From Minisyncoccota bacterium (GTDB taxonomy: Bacteria; Patescibacteriota; Minisyncoccia; Phycocordibacterales; UBA6065), in contig DATCXV010000009.1 in assembly GCA_036565605.1 (NCBI GenBank), positions 4,977-68,976 on the forward strand: a DNA stretch of 64,000 bases, read 5' to 3'. The position numbers were made by a program, and so were the translations under genes. The notes beneath the pieces were generated by a model, which was given only the letters and a program-made list of their open reading frames with translations, had not been told where the DNA came from and made no database searches. Each line of letters starts with the position of its first letter. The stretch's first letter is position 1. Shown one piece after another: positions 6,866-17,734 of the stretch.

Positions 6866-7860
6866 TCATTCCTTCTCAAAAACTCAATCCAAAAATCTTC
6901 GACAAGGATGTCGAACAGGTTCCGATCCGTAAAGGATTTGGCGAGGGCTTGCTTGCAGCAGGAGAGAAAGACAAAAATGTAGTCGGACTATGCGCAGACC
7001 TGACCGAATCGACACAAATGCATTTGTTCAAAGAGAAATTTCCCGAACGATTCATTGAAATCGGTGTTGCGGAACAAAATTTGGCGACAGTGGCTTCTGG
7101 TATGGCTGCGATGGGCAAGTTGCCGTTCATTTCTTCGTACGCCATGTTTTCACCGGGTCGTTCTTGGGAACAGATCCGTACGACCGTTGCTTATAATGAT
7201 CGACCGGTCATTGTTGTTGGATCACATGCGGGAGTCTCTGTTGGCCCCGATGGTGGCACGCACCAGGCTATCGAGGATATCGCTTTGATGCGCGTCATGC
7301 CCAATATGATCGTTGTATCACCATGCGATTCGATTGAAGCGAAGAAAGCGACGCTTGCTCTGGCTGCTTTGAGGAAGCCGGCATACTTACGCTTGGCTCG
7401 TGATAAGACGCCGGTTGTAACTACCAAGGATACGCCCTTCGAGATCGGCAAGGCTCGAGTTTTTTTCGAGCCGATCGCCGGCAATCCTGACGTCACCATC
7501 ATTGCTACGGGATCGCTTGTCCATAATGCTTTGGTCGCTGCACGCGAGCTTGAAAAAGAAAAAGTGGGCGTGACCGTCATTCACGTGGCTACAATCAAGC
7601 CGCTTGATGGTGAGACCATACTGCGAGCAACCAAAGCTTCCGGTGCCGTTGTGACCGTTGAAGAGCACCAGATTGCGGGCGGTATGGGCTCGGCGGTCTC
7701 TGAATTTCTGTCCGAACATCATCCGGTGCCTGTTGTGCGCGTCGGCGTTCATGACCTCTTTGGTCAATCTGGCACACCAGCCGAATTGGTAGAGCATTAC
7801 GGCATGGGTGTCTCACACATAAAAGAAGCAGCAAAAAAGGCCATTCGCATGAAGCGATAA
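6862..7860 (+). CDS. tkt: transketolase, C-terminal (pyrimidine-binding + C-terminal) subunit
   Basis: 332 aa with IEIGVAEQNLATVASGMAA...HAGVSVGPDGGTHQAIEDIALMR, typical of the transketolase C-terminal half. Confidence 0.9.
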   Translation: MIIPSQKLNPKIFDKDVEQVPIRKGFGEGLLAAGEKDKNVVGLCADLTESTQMHLFKEKFPERFIEIGVAEQNLATVASGMAAMGKLPFISSYAMFSPGRSWEQIRTTVAYNDRPVIVVGSHAGVSVGPDGGTHQAIEDIALMRVMPNMIVVSPCDSIEAKKATLALAALRKPAYLRLARDKTPVVTTKDTPFEIGKARVFFEPIAGNPDVTIIATGSLVHNALVAARELEKEKVGVTVIHVATIKPLDGETILRATKASGAVVTVEEHQIAGGMGSAVSEFLSEHHPVPVVRVGVHDLFGQSGTPAELVEHYGMGVSHIKEAAKKAIRMKR

Positions 7861-7875
7861 GGTTTTCTTGCGAGG

Positions 7876-8508
7876 CTAAACAATGATTTCTTGTCTGCGG
7901 CTTTCCAGGGCGTTGCGGATTGTTTCGGTATCAGAATATTCAAGTTCGGTACCGGTAGAAAGTCCGCGACCAAGGATGGTCACCTTCAGGCGGTGATCTT
8001 TGACCAATGAAGCAATCAAACCTTCGACATATTCGCGGGTATGTTCGCCTTCGCTGTTTAGCGACAGGGCCAAAATGATTTCCTTCAAACCACTTTGAAT
8101 ACGACGGGTCACGGTCTCGATCAATTCTTGCGAGCGGAGCTTTGAGTCCGGGTCTTTATCAATAAGAGAAAGCGTATTGCCAAGGACGAAATAGTATCCG
8201 CCGTACACTTTGCTTTTTTCGATGGCGTCCAAGTCAACATCCTTGGCCACGATCATCAATGCAGAAGTGTCCCGGGATGAATCTGCACAGACAGAACAAA
8301 GACTCGCATTCGAATTGCGGTGATCGAAAAAACGGAAGCACGACGTACAGACCGAGACGCGTGAAGCAAGTTCGGTGATTTCTTTGGAAAGCGATTGGCG
8401 ATAACCTTCGGATGTTGCTAGAAGGAAATAGACGAACCGCTTGGCCTGACGCGGCCCGATGCCTGGAAATTGGCGGAAGAGCTCGTGAAGACGATTAAGG
8501 TGGTCCAT
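7876..8508 (-). CDS. recR: recombination protein RecR
   Basis: FPGIGPRQAKRFVYFLL (HhH), a C4 zinc finger (CTSCFRF...CSVC) and a Toprim region. Confidence 0.9.
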   Translation of the reverse strand: MDHLNRLHELFRQFPGIGPRQAKRFVYFLLATSEGYRQSLSKEITELASRVSVCTSCFRFFDHRNSNASLCSVCADSSRDTSALMIVAKDVDLDAIEKSKVYGGYYFVLGNTLSLIDKDPDSKLRSQELIETVTRRIQSGLKEIILALSLNSEGEHTREYVEGLIASLVKDHRLKVTILGRGLSTGTELEYSDTETIRNALESRRQEIIV

Positions 8509-8529
8509 ATCGGAGCTATTGTATCAAAC

Positions 8530-9903
8530 CTAGAAGGCTCCTCCAGCCGGCTGGAAGTCGCCGAAATCGGCCTTTTCGACTGAAAGATAGGTAGCCTTGT
8601 CGGAATCGAAGACAAGTTGAATTTCGCCGGTCGGGCCGTTACGATGCTTTTCTATAAGAATGGTGGCTTCGCGCGATCGAGCCTGTTCACCAGATTCATC
8701 TTTCTCACGATGAATGAACATAACCACATCGGCATCCTGTTCGATGGAACCGGAATCGCGGAGGTCTGAAAGACGAGGCTTGCCACCGCGTGATTCAACG
8801 GCACGCGAAAGCTGCGACAAAGCGATCACGGGCACGTCCAAATCACGGGCAAGATTTTTAAGCGAGCGCGAAATTTCAGTCACTTGTTGAACAACGTTGT
8901 CAGAGCGAGCTGACTGCACTGGCGTCATAAGCTGGAGATAGTCAACAATGACAAGACCCAGATTCTTCTCGGCTTTCAGACGGCGGGCGATAGCACGCAT
9001 TTTCAAAATATTGTTGCCTGGCTGGTCGTCGATATAGATCGGTGCTTTTGAAAGCTTGTCCATGGCATCACGCAGATTCACCGACATTTCATCGACTGAC
9101 AAACCCTTACCGGTACGCAATTTCCATGCATCAATACGGGATTCTGCTGAAAGCATGCGTTGGACCAACTGGGCGGCGCTCATTTCAAGTGAGAAGATGC
9201 CGACTGGAATATTGTGTTCAACGGCTGCCTTGCGCGCAAAGTCCAGTGCTAATGATGTTTTACCCATCGAAGGGCGAGCGGCCAAAATAATCAGGTCAGA
9301 TTTTTGAAAGCCTGAAAGTTTGTTATCCAAAGCTTTGAATCCGGTCGGCACGCCGCGCAGTTCGTCAGAAGAAGACTGAAGGCGTTCGATCTGATCCCAA
9401 GCCTCGGCCAGAGTGTCCTTCAAGTGGACGAATTTATGCGACCCGACGGAATTGGTCACTTCGAACAAACGCTTTTCAGCCTGATCGATAATCTCTTCCA
9501 ATTCACCGCGTTCTTCAAAGGAAAGTCCGGTGATATGTTCGCCGGCTTCGATAAGCTTTCGCATCATCGATTTTTTCTGGACGATCGACGCATAGTGACG
9601 TACGTTCGATGCCGACGGCACAGTGTTTACAAGCTCGGTCAGATACGATGCGCCGCCGATGCGATCAAGCTGACCCATATCCTTTAATTTCGAAGAAAGC
9701 GAAAGTAGATCGATCGGATTGCCCTTGGCCATCAATTCCATACAGGCATTCCAAATAACGCGATGTTTTTCCGAATAGAAATCGTCTTCACGCACGACGT
9801 CGGTAACCTCGTGGATGGCTTCCGGGCGCAGCATGATCGAGCCAAGCAGTGCCTGTTCCGCATCAAGTGACTGCGGGGGAACGCGAATGCGATCGTTTCT
9901 CAT
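8530..9903 (-). CDS. dnaB: replicative DNA helicase DnaB
   Basis: 457 aa; Walker A ARPSMGKTSLAL and DnaB C-terminal motifs (VIALSQLSRAVESR). Confidence 0.9.
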   Translation of the reverse strand: MRNDRIRVPPQSLDAEQALLGSIMLRPEAIHEVTDVVREDDFYSEKHRVIWNACMELMAKGNPIDLLSLSSKLKDMGQLDRIGGASYLTELVNTVPSASNVRHYASIVQKKSMMRKLIEAGEHITGLSFEERGELEEIIDQAEKRLFEVTNSVGSHKFVHLKDTLAEAWDQIERLQSSSDELRGVPTGFKALDNKLSGFQKSDLIILAARPSMGKTSLALDFARKAAVEHNIPVGIFSLEMSAAQLVQRMLSAESRIDAWKLRTGKGLSVDEMSVNLRDAMDKLSKAPIYIDDQPGNNILKMRAIARRLKAEKNLGLVIVDYLQLMTPVQSARSDNVVQQVTEISRSLKNLARDLDVPVIALSQLSRAVESRGGKPRLSDLRDSGSIEQDADVVMFIHREKDESGEQARSREATILIEKHRNGPTGEIQLVFDSDKATYLSVEKADFGDFQPAGGAF

Positions 9904-9991
9904 GCCGACATTATCGCAAAGCGTTGGCGGGAAGGGGAAGTGGTCGAAGCGGATAAAACTGTGTCTATTCTGTGGAAAAGAGCCTTATCGA

Positions 9992-11388
<1,397 letters not shown>

Positions 11389-11398
<10 letters not shown>

Positions 11399-12333
11399 TT
11401 CTTCCTCATCATAATAAAGACGACCAGAAGTGCCGCGGCCAAAGCCATGGCACCCACCAGCGCGAATTCATGCGGTGAATGTGCGAACGGCGTATCGTCT
11501 GCCTCTATCAGAAACCAGTTGAAAACAATGGTTACGACGGCCGAAACGACGGTGATGGCCGTGAATGTTTGCATGATCTTGTTCTGCTTGGTTTCAAGCA
11601 AGGCTCCATTCGTCTCGCGCAGTTCGTGTAAAGATTCAGAGAGGCTGTGGACTTCCTTGTGCACCTTTAAACATTCGCTTTTTGCGTCATCAAGATAGTG
11701 TGAAAAATCGGCAGGGAAGAAGCCGCGGGCCGCCAATGAGAACGAGGAAAGCACTTCCTCGTGCAGAGCAGTGGCATGCTTGAAGGCAAGCAATTCGCGC
11801 GAGACTTTCGAGATCTCGAAAACCATATCGCGCTCGCGGCCAGAGAATGTCTCAGCTTCAATTTCAGTCAGAGCTTCGCGGACGCTTTCCAATTCATTCG
11901 ACAGACCATAATACAGGGCGCGGATAATGTAATAGAACATAAAGCCGGCATGTTCGCCTAATTCGCGATTGCGCTCCAAAACAGAATTGACCTCGAACAT
12001 TTTTGAAAAATGGTGCAGGGAGTCGACTGGCCCTTGATGCGCAGTGACGATGAAATCTCGCCCGACTATGAAATCGACCTCGCCCGTTGGAAGTTTCAAA
12101 GCCAGATAGACATAGTCGTCAAAGCGTTCGGCTTTAGAGCGTGCCGAGGGCACCAGAAGCTCTTCAGCGGCCAAGGGATGAATGCTGTAGCTTTGAACTA
12201 TCTCGCGGACGTCTTCGATTGTCGGGTCCTCGACGTCAACCCAGGTGGCCTTCTTATACGTATATGTTCGTATCATGACTCTCGAAAAAAGATGTTGTAA
12301 TAATAGCATGATATAATGTCGCGCATGAATCAA
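11389..12333 (-). CDS. CorA-like divalent cation transporter (non-canonical pore motif)
   Basis: CorA-like N-terminal soluble domain, two C-terminal TM helices and a terminal basic MRKKWL tail. The position of the canonical GMN motif reads VFNWF. Confidence 0.65.
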
Positions 12334-13584
12334 ACGAAGCGGACGCTAATCGGTTTAGGAGCGCTCTTCTGCCTTATTGGAGCGTATTCCATCGGGTATC
12401 ACTCGGGATCGGCGGGTGTAAGTTCAGCGAGGTCGGTCGCGGGCGTGGCGAATATCGAAAGCGGCAAACCGTCACAAGTTGATTTCGGCCCGTTCTGGAA
12501 GGCTTGGAATGTCATCGATGATAAGTTTGCTGGCACGACCACGGATGACCAGGCAAAAGTCTATGGTGCTATCGAAGGCATGGCAGCGTCCCTGGGCGAC
12601 CCGTACACAGTCTTTTTCCCACCAAAGGAAGCAAAAATTTTCCAAAGCCAGATCGCCGGCTCGTTCGAAGGTGTGGGTATGGAAATTGGTGTCAAAGACA
12701 ATAAGCTTGTAGTAGTTGCGCCGATCAAAGGTTCGCCGTCAGATAAGGCTGGGTTGAAGCCAGGTGACGTTATCTTGCAGATCAACGATACGGAATCGAT
12801 CTCTTTGGCTACGGATGAAGCAGTACAATTGATCCGCGGCAAGGCAGGCACGGTGGTAAAGCTTACGGTGGCGCGCGAAGGCGCCAAAAGCCCGCTCGTA
12901 TTTAACGTGACGCGCGCCACCATCGATCTGCCTACGGTCGAAACAGATACCAAGGATGAGATCGCATCAGCAGATAATTCGGGCGGTACTGGCTTGCGCA
13001 AAGATGGCATCTTCGTCATATCGCTCTACAGTTTCAGCGCTAATTCAGCCAATCTGTTCCGAAATGCCCTGAAAGAATTCATCGATTCTGGCTCTCATAA
13101 ATTGATCGTGGATCTTCGTGGTAACCCGGGCGGATATTTGGAGGCTGCGGTCGACATGGCATCGTGGTTTTTGCCTCGTGGCGCAACTGTTGTTCGCGAA
13201 GACTTCGGTAAAGGGGAAGAGGAGAATGTATACCGCTCCAAGGGCTATAATGTCTTTGGTGACGACCTGAAGATGGTTGTCTTGGTTGACGGCGGCTCGG
13301 CATCAGCGTCAGAGATCTTGGCGGGCGCGCTTTCCGAAAACGGTGTGGCGACGCTTGTCGGTACCAAAACCTTTGGCAAGGGTTCGGTCCAGGAATTGGT
13401 TCCCATCACATCGGATACGTCGCTTAAGGTCACCATTGCTAAGTGGCTCACACCCAAGGGCATTTCCATTTCGAAGCAAGGAATCACGCCAGATTACGTG
13501 GTACCGGTTACTGAAGCAGATATTGTAGCCAAGAAGGACGCACAGATGAATAAGGCAGTGGAGTTGTTGTCGAAGGAGAAGTAA
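12316..13584 (+). CDS. ctpA: C-terminal processing (S41) peptidase with PDZ domain
   Basis: PDZ (GDVILQINDTE) and S41 catalytic region GGSASASEILAG. Confidence 0.85.
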   Translation: MSRMNQTKRTLIGLGALFCLIGAYSIGYHSGSAGVSSARSVAGVANIESGKPSQVDFGPFWKAWNVIDDKFAGTTTDDQAKVYGAIEGMAASLGDPYTVFFPPKEAKIFQSQIAGSFEGVGMEIGVKDNKLVVVAPIKGSPSDKAGLKPGDVILQINDTESISLATDEAVQLIRGKAGTVVKLTVAREGAKSPLVFNVTRATIDLPTVETDTKDEIASADNSGGTGLRKDGIFVISLYSFSANSANLFRNALKEFIDSGSHKLIVDLRGNPGGYLEAAVDMASWFLPRGATVVREDFGKGEEENVYRSKGYNVFGDDLKMVVLVDGGSASASEILAGALSENGVATLVGTKTFGKGSVQELVPITSDTSLKVTIAKWLTPKGISISKQGITPDYVVPVTEADIVAKKDAQMNKAVELLSKEK

Positions 13585-13626
13585 TCACGGTTGTCTCTTG
13601 AAAAATCGGAATAAATCGGCTAATCT

Positions 13627-14079
13627 GTGCTCACTATGAAAATCGTATTGCTCAAAGACGCAAAGAACATTGGCAAGAAGCACGACGTCAAAGTCGTTGC
13701 GGACGGCTTCGCACTTAATAATTTGATTCCGCAGGGTATTGCAGAAGTCGCAACAGCTAAAGTGCTTTCTCGTGTGGAAGCGATCAGGAAACAGGAAGAA
13801 GCAGACAAGAAAGTCCGCGCAGACCTTTTGGCAAAGAATTTGAAGTCGCTTCATGACGCTCAAGTTGTTGTTACGATGGAAGCAAACGAGAAAGGTCATC
13901 TTTTTGCAGGCCTTCATGCTGCCGAAATCGCTCCTCTAGTCAAAGAGCAGACCCGAATCGATGTCTTGCCGGAATTCATTGTTTTGGAGAAACCGATCAA
14001 AGAAGTCGGTGCACACAAGATTGATGTGAAGGTTCAGGGCCAGTCAGCGACATTCACCTTGAATGTCAAAGCGAAATAG
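13627..14079 (+). CDS. rplI: 50S ribosomal protein L9
   Basis: MKIVLLKDAKNIGKKHDVKVVADGFALNNLIPQG, typical L9 N-domain. Confidence 0.85.
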   Translation: MLTMKIVLLKDAKNIGKKHDVKVVADGFALNNLIPQGIAEVATAKVLSRVEAIRKQEEADKKVRADLLAKNLKSLHDAQVVVTMEANEKGHLFAGLHAAEIAPLVKEQTRIDVLPEFIVLEKPIKEVGAHKIDVKVQGQSATFTLNVKAK

Positions 14080-14111
14080 TTGCTTGCGTTATACAAAGAG
14101 ATGTGGAAAAT

Positions 14112-14133
14112 AGGGGCCAGGGAGCCCCTTTTC
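14112..14133 (+). terminator. intrinsic terminator after rplI
   Basis: aggggccagggagcccctttt: GC stem plus T-run 30 nt after the rplI stop. Confidence 0.5.
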
Positions 14134-14135
14134 CT

Positions 14136-14252
14136 ATGGCCCGCAATAAAAGCACAAAATCCGCCAAGAAATCGCCCCGCACGGCACGCAAGCAGAGCAA
14201 GGCTCGGAAGGCATCGCCCTCCAAGCCCCACCTCGGCAATAACGTGCACTAA
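14136..14252 (+). CDS. putative 38-aa highly basic micro-protein, not in ORF track
   Basis: MARNKSTKSAKKSPRTARKQSKARKASPSKPHLGNNVH*, about 40% K/R, bracketed by two terminators. Confidence 0.25.
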   Translation: MARNKSTKSAKKSPRTARKQSKARKASPSKPHLGNNVH

Positions 14253-14275
14253 GAGAGCGGTTTCTTCGGAAAACT

Positions 14276-14306
14276 GGCCACCGCGCATGCGCGGTGGCCT
14301 TTTGTT
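14276..14306 (+). terminator. rho-independent terminator
   Basis: ggccaccgcgcatgcgcggtggcc palindrome followed by ttttgttt. Confidence 0.65.
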
Positions 14307-14449
14307 TGATACCATTCCTTTGGAATTTGATCTGTCATGGCTATCCCATCCGTCACGATTAGAAAAGGCAAGGGCCGTATCTATCGGATGAAAGTAAAAA
14401 AGAAGCCGATTCGTTTTTTACAGTATCCGCGTTATCGTCGTAGATAGCA

Positions 14450-14476
14450 AAATCCCCGCATTCGCGGGGATTTTTT
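14450..14476 (-). terminator. rho-independent terminator for rpmA (bidirectional shape)
   Basis: aaatccccgcattcgcggggatttttt lies immediately 3' of the rpmA stop (14485-14487) on the minus strand. Confidence 0.65.
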
Positions 14477-14484
14477 CATGTCTC

Positions 14485-14757
14485 TTACTTAACGTTGACG
14501 ACGCTTTTCGTCTTGGTCTTGCCGTTGAAGCCAACCTTCCTCTTGGAGCCAAACGAAACGGTGCCTTCGGCGGTTGCGTAAATGGTGTAGTCTTTGCCGA
14601 GCGCGGTATTGGTGCCTGCAAGGGTGTTAAGGCCCTCCTGGCGGATGATGATCGATCCAACCTTGGCTTTTTCGCCAGCATAGAGCTTCACGCCCAGGTA
14701 TCGAGGGTTCGAATCGCGGCCGTTTTTGACTGTACCTCCGGATTTCTTTGTTGCCAT
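14485..14757 (-). CDS. rpmA: 50S ribosomal protein L27
   Basis: MATKKSGGTVKNGRDSNPRYLGVKLYAGE..., canonical L27. Confidence 0.92.
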   Translation of the reverse strand: MATKKSGGTVKNGRDSNPRYLGVKLYAGEKAKVGSIIIRQEGLNTLAGTNTALGKDYTIYATAEGTVSFGSKRKVGFNGKTKTKSVVNVK

Positions 14758-14811
14758 GTGGATTACTGAGGCGAATTTTTATCTTTTCTTTATCTCGCCT
14801 CGCTATACTTA

Positions 14812-15252
14812 ATGGGTATGACTAGGTTTCAAATCATAAGCCATATCAAGGAAAAAATCAAGCTTTGGGTGGGTTTGGCTGAGAAGAGGGATATTTTCGT
14901 TGCCTTGGTTGTCATTTTGACCGCTCTTTCTGCCTTTTTCATAGGTCGGATATCGCGTATTGAAACGGACCGTCCTCCGGTGGTTATTCGTCAATTTCCG
15001 GCCGTGCAAAGTCCGGTCCAGGTACCAAAAAAGACCGCGGTAACTGCGGTGGCAAGCCAAACTGCGGCTGTCGGAGCAAGCAGTGGGGCAGTGAAGGGAA
15101 TATATGTGGCCTCCAAAAATGGGACTAAGTACCATTTACCAAACTGTATTGGCGCTAAAAGTATTTCTGATGCAAATAAAATCTGGTTCGCCACCAAAGC
15201 GGATGCCGAAAAAGCAGGGTATACGCCGGCAGGGAATTGCAAGGGGATATAA
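14812..15252 (+). CDS. membrane-anchored protein with C-terminal Ada-like zinc-binding domain
   Basis: One TM helix (IFVALVVILTALSAFFIG). The C-terminus GIYVASKNGTKYHLPNCIGAKSISDANKIWFATKADAEKAGYTPAGNCKG follows the Ada N-terminal metal-binding pattern (Y-H-x-P-x-C ... F-x-T-x-x-x-A-x-x-x-G-Y-x-P-x-x-x-C). Confidence 0.55.
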   Translation: MGMTRFQIISHIKEKIKLWVGLAEKRDIFVALVVILTALSAFFIGRISRIETDRPPVVIRQFPAVQSPVQVPKKTAVTAVASQTAAVGASSGAVKGIYVASKNGTKYHLPNCIGAKSISDANKIWFATKADAEKAGYTPAGNCKGI

Positions 15253-15313
15253 CCCACATGTTGTCTCAACCATGAATTAATGGTTAAATCTCTAAAGAAA
15301 GCACACCCCTATT

Positions 15314-15721
15314 ATGAGTAATGATTACCGACGGTCTCGCTACATTCCCGGTTTTATCAGGATTTGGCGCGGTAAAGCACGGGAAGAGCGCTTTATTGAG
15401 GCATGGACTAATCCGCCAAATCCACCAGATTGGTTTGCGGACGTCCGCAAAGCCTCAAAAGAAGAGGACTTTTCTGGCGTTGATGCCTTTTTTATCTGTA
15501 AGGATCAAACCGAGATTCCGGTGCAGATAAAAGGCACGTATGCCGGAATAGAGGACTACCTTCGGGCACATCCTATATCTGAAAAGAACGTGGTCCTGCT
15601 TCAAATCCAAGCCATTATGAGTTTGGAGGAGATCCGGCTACTTAGCTTATTCGCACTGAGGGCCTATTTTTCACGGGAGCCTCAAAAAACAGCTTTACCT
15701 GAAACTAGCAAGACGGCATAA
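15314..15721 (+). CDS. hypothetical protein
   Basis: 135-aa ORF with ATG start, followed by a terminator; no recognised motifs. Confidence 0.4.
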   Translation: MSNDYRRSRYIPGFIRIWRGKAREERFIEAWTNPPNPPDWFADVRKASKEEDFSGVDAFFICKDQTEIPVQIKGTYAGIEDYLRAHPISEKNVVLLQIQAIMSLEEIRLLSLFALRAYFSREPQKTALPETSKTA

Positions 15722-15735
15722 TGCCGTCTTTTTCT
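15711..15735 (+). terminator. rho-independent terminator
   Basis: agacggcat-aat-gccgtct + tttttctt. Confidence 0.6.
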
Positions 15736-15773
15736 TATATATGGCTCTATTGGGCCATTTTGTATAAAATCTC

Positions 15774-15802
15774 TTGACTTTTAAAACCAAAGGTGCTATA
15801 AT
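15774..15802 (+). promoter_or_regulatory. near-consensus sigma70-type promoter
   Basis: TTGACT (15774-15779), a 17-nt spacer, then TATAAT (15797-15802), preceded by an AT-rich UP-like stretch. About 90-105 nt upstream of the next ORF. Confidence 0.6.
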
Positions 15803-15892
15803 GGAGATACATCAGAGTTTTCCTCTGGTGATTTGTTTTTAAGGGCGGGTCACTCAAAGGCGTAAGCCGATAGGGGCACGAACTTAGGGACT

Positions 15893-16351
15893 TTGAAACC
15901 ATCAATTATGATCGAGATTACGACCAGCCTGGTCATGCTCGCTTCCGCTTTTCTTCCCGCTGCAAGCACGACTCCTGCGACTGCATCGTCGACCATAGCG
16001 GAAAACGCAACCTCGTCGGTTCCTCTTACGTCGGTGTCGGTCGAGGCCTATGTCCGCGATTACTTCAAGGACACCCCGGTCTTGGCTGAAGTAGCAAAGT
16101 GTGAGTCCACGTTCCGTCAGTTCGATTCGAAAGGCCGCGTTATTCGCGGAAAGGAGAATCCGGACGACGTCGGCGTGATGCAGATCAACACCTTCTATCA
16201 TGGTGAGTCTGCAGAAAAGCTTGGCTACGACTTGTACACCATCGACGGCAACCTCGGCTTTGCCCGCTGGTTGTACGGCAAGTATGGTTCGGATCCGTGG
16301 GTCCATTCTTCCAAATGTTGGAAGAAGTACGAGAAGATCGCGATGAAGTAA
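15893..16351 (+). CDS. secreted lytic-transglycosylase (SLT)-like protein
   Basis: N-terminal signal/TM, Ala/Thr/Ser-rich linker, then CESTFRQF...DVGVMQIN, resembling the SLT catalytic E-S ... G-(L/V)-M-Q-I motif. Start is either TTG 15893 or ATG 15908. Confidence 0.5.
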   Translation: MKPSIMIEITTSLVMLASAFLPAASTTPATASSTIAENATSSVPLTSVSVEAYVRDYFKDTPVLAEVAKCESTFRQFDSKGRVIRGKENPDDVGVMQINTFYHGESAEKLGYDLYTIDGNLGFARWLYGKYGSDPWVHSSKCWKKYEKIAMK

Positions 16352-16366
16352 AAGCAAGCAGCATAG

Positions 16367-16404
16367 AAAAAAGCCCGGTCTCCGAAGGAGACCGGGCTTT
16401 TTTA
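16367..16404 (+). terminator. rho-independent terminator
   Basis: aaaaagcccggtctccgaaggagaccgggcttttttat. Confidence 0.75.
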
Positions 16405-16509
16405 TGGAGACCAATTTTCTTGCAAAAGGGTAGCAGGAGAGTAGTATCGACCACGGAGTATAGTTCTCCAAATCGCCCTACATAACTGGGCATAGTCGAA
16501 AGGATTGTT

Positions 16510-17346
16510 ATGAAATCGTTAGCTGTTAGCACGTTGGGATATCAAGAATGGAAGAAGCGTCTGCTTGATGGGGACGAAAATTCCTTGATCCATGAAAAAT
16601 TGGGGGCTCTCCAGCACGGAAGTGTTTTCTTTGGAGCGACAGGAGACAATGGCGACCCGATCGCCCTCTATCTGGCTCTAGCGGACAGATTTATGACCAA
16701 CGATATCTACCCGTTGCCTAACTGGATTAAAGATGCAGAAGTCATGGCAAAGGCGAGATCGGTCCTGGTGAAGCACTTCTTCAAGGTGCATCCGGTCATT
16801 GATTATTGGAACTTCATCACAGTTGTTGCGTTCAGCCCGGACTTATTACCGGTGCTTATACACTTTCTCTGCTCTGCACGGAGGGGGATCGCAAAAAGAA
16901 TTGATTTCTTCAAATGGAATTACCAGTTCGTCGATGATGCATACGCTGAGCGAAGTAAACACGACGCAAAGCAACAGCACGAGGACAAGACGATCTCGTC
17001 CTTCCTGAGCCATCTCCTGTGGTTACTCATGCAGGGAATTACTCCTCATAGCGAGCAGCGGCGTTTGGACCTTAAAAAAGCGCTCAAGCCTTATGAAAAA
17101 GATATCCTTCTCGAGATATTCATCCGGGCGCCCTGGCAGCTTCTGCCGTTCCGGATGGATAAAGAATGGGTTGAAGTGTTCGAAAAGGACCTCAAACAAT
17201 ACCCGGAAGTGCATCCAAGGACCTTTGAAGACAAGGTAAATAGTGACGATCGCATGTGCAACTACAGGCACCATGATCTGCCGTCTGTCGCAGCTCCTAC
17301 GAGAGCTGAGGTTCTGACCGTGCTGAAGTCCCGGACGTATCAATAA
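16510..17346 (+). CDS. hypothetical protein (278 aa)
   Basis: Long ORF with ATG start, own terminator downstream, no recognisable domain. Confidence 0.5.
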   Translation: MKSLAVSTLGYQEWKKRLLDGDENSLIHEKLGALQHGSVFFGATGDNGDPIALYLALADRFMTNDIYPLPNWIKDAEVMAKARSVLVKHFFKVHPVIDYWNFITVVAFSPDLLPVLIHFLCSARRGIAKRIDFFKWNYQFVDDAYAERSKHDAKQQHEDKTISSFLSHLLWLLMQGITPHSEQRRLDLKKALKPYEKDILLEIFIRAPWQLLPFRMDKEWVEVFEKDLKQYPEVHPRTFEDKVNSDDRMCNYRHHDLPSVAAPTRAEVLTVLKSRTYQ

Positions 17347-17360
17347 GGATTGAATTATTC

Positions 17361-17393
17361 AAAGCCGCGACCTTTTTTATCGCGGCTTTTTTC
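17361..17393 (+). terminator. rho-independent terminator
   Basis: aaagccgcga-cctttttta-tcgcggc + tttttc. Confidence 0.65.
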
Positions 17394-17734
17394 TGACCCA
17401 AAACCCCCACCAGCCGTTTCATTTTGCAAAGGGGAGTATGAGGTCAGCGTTCCATGACCACATCGCAACGTCGGATTTTGGTTAACGAAAGTAATTTTGA
17501 TCGTGATTGTTTGGCGAAGAAAATTTTTGCGAACGAGACACGTGATATGGCAAAAGCCACGCATGCGTCGAGGTACGCCGCCTAAAAGTCTTTGAAACTG
17601 CCGAGAAGGTCTTGTAGGTCATAGACTTAAACGAACCAATATATATGCTATAATATGAGTATTAGAGATATTATACTCAATTACATATATACTTCCCTCA
17701 TACTCTAAACACGCCGCGCGGGATATAATTTCTA

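Noticed and set aside
14698-14712. GGTTCGAATC tRNA T-loop-like motif
   Set aside because: It lies inside the rpmA coding sequence with no acceptor or anticodon arm around it. No tRNA genes were found in the window.
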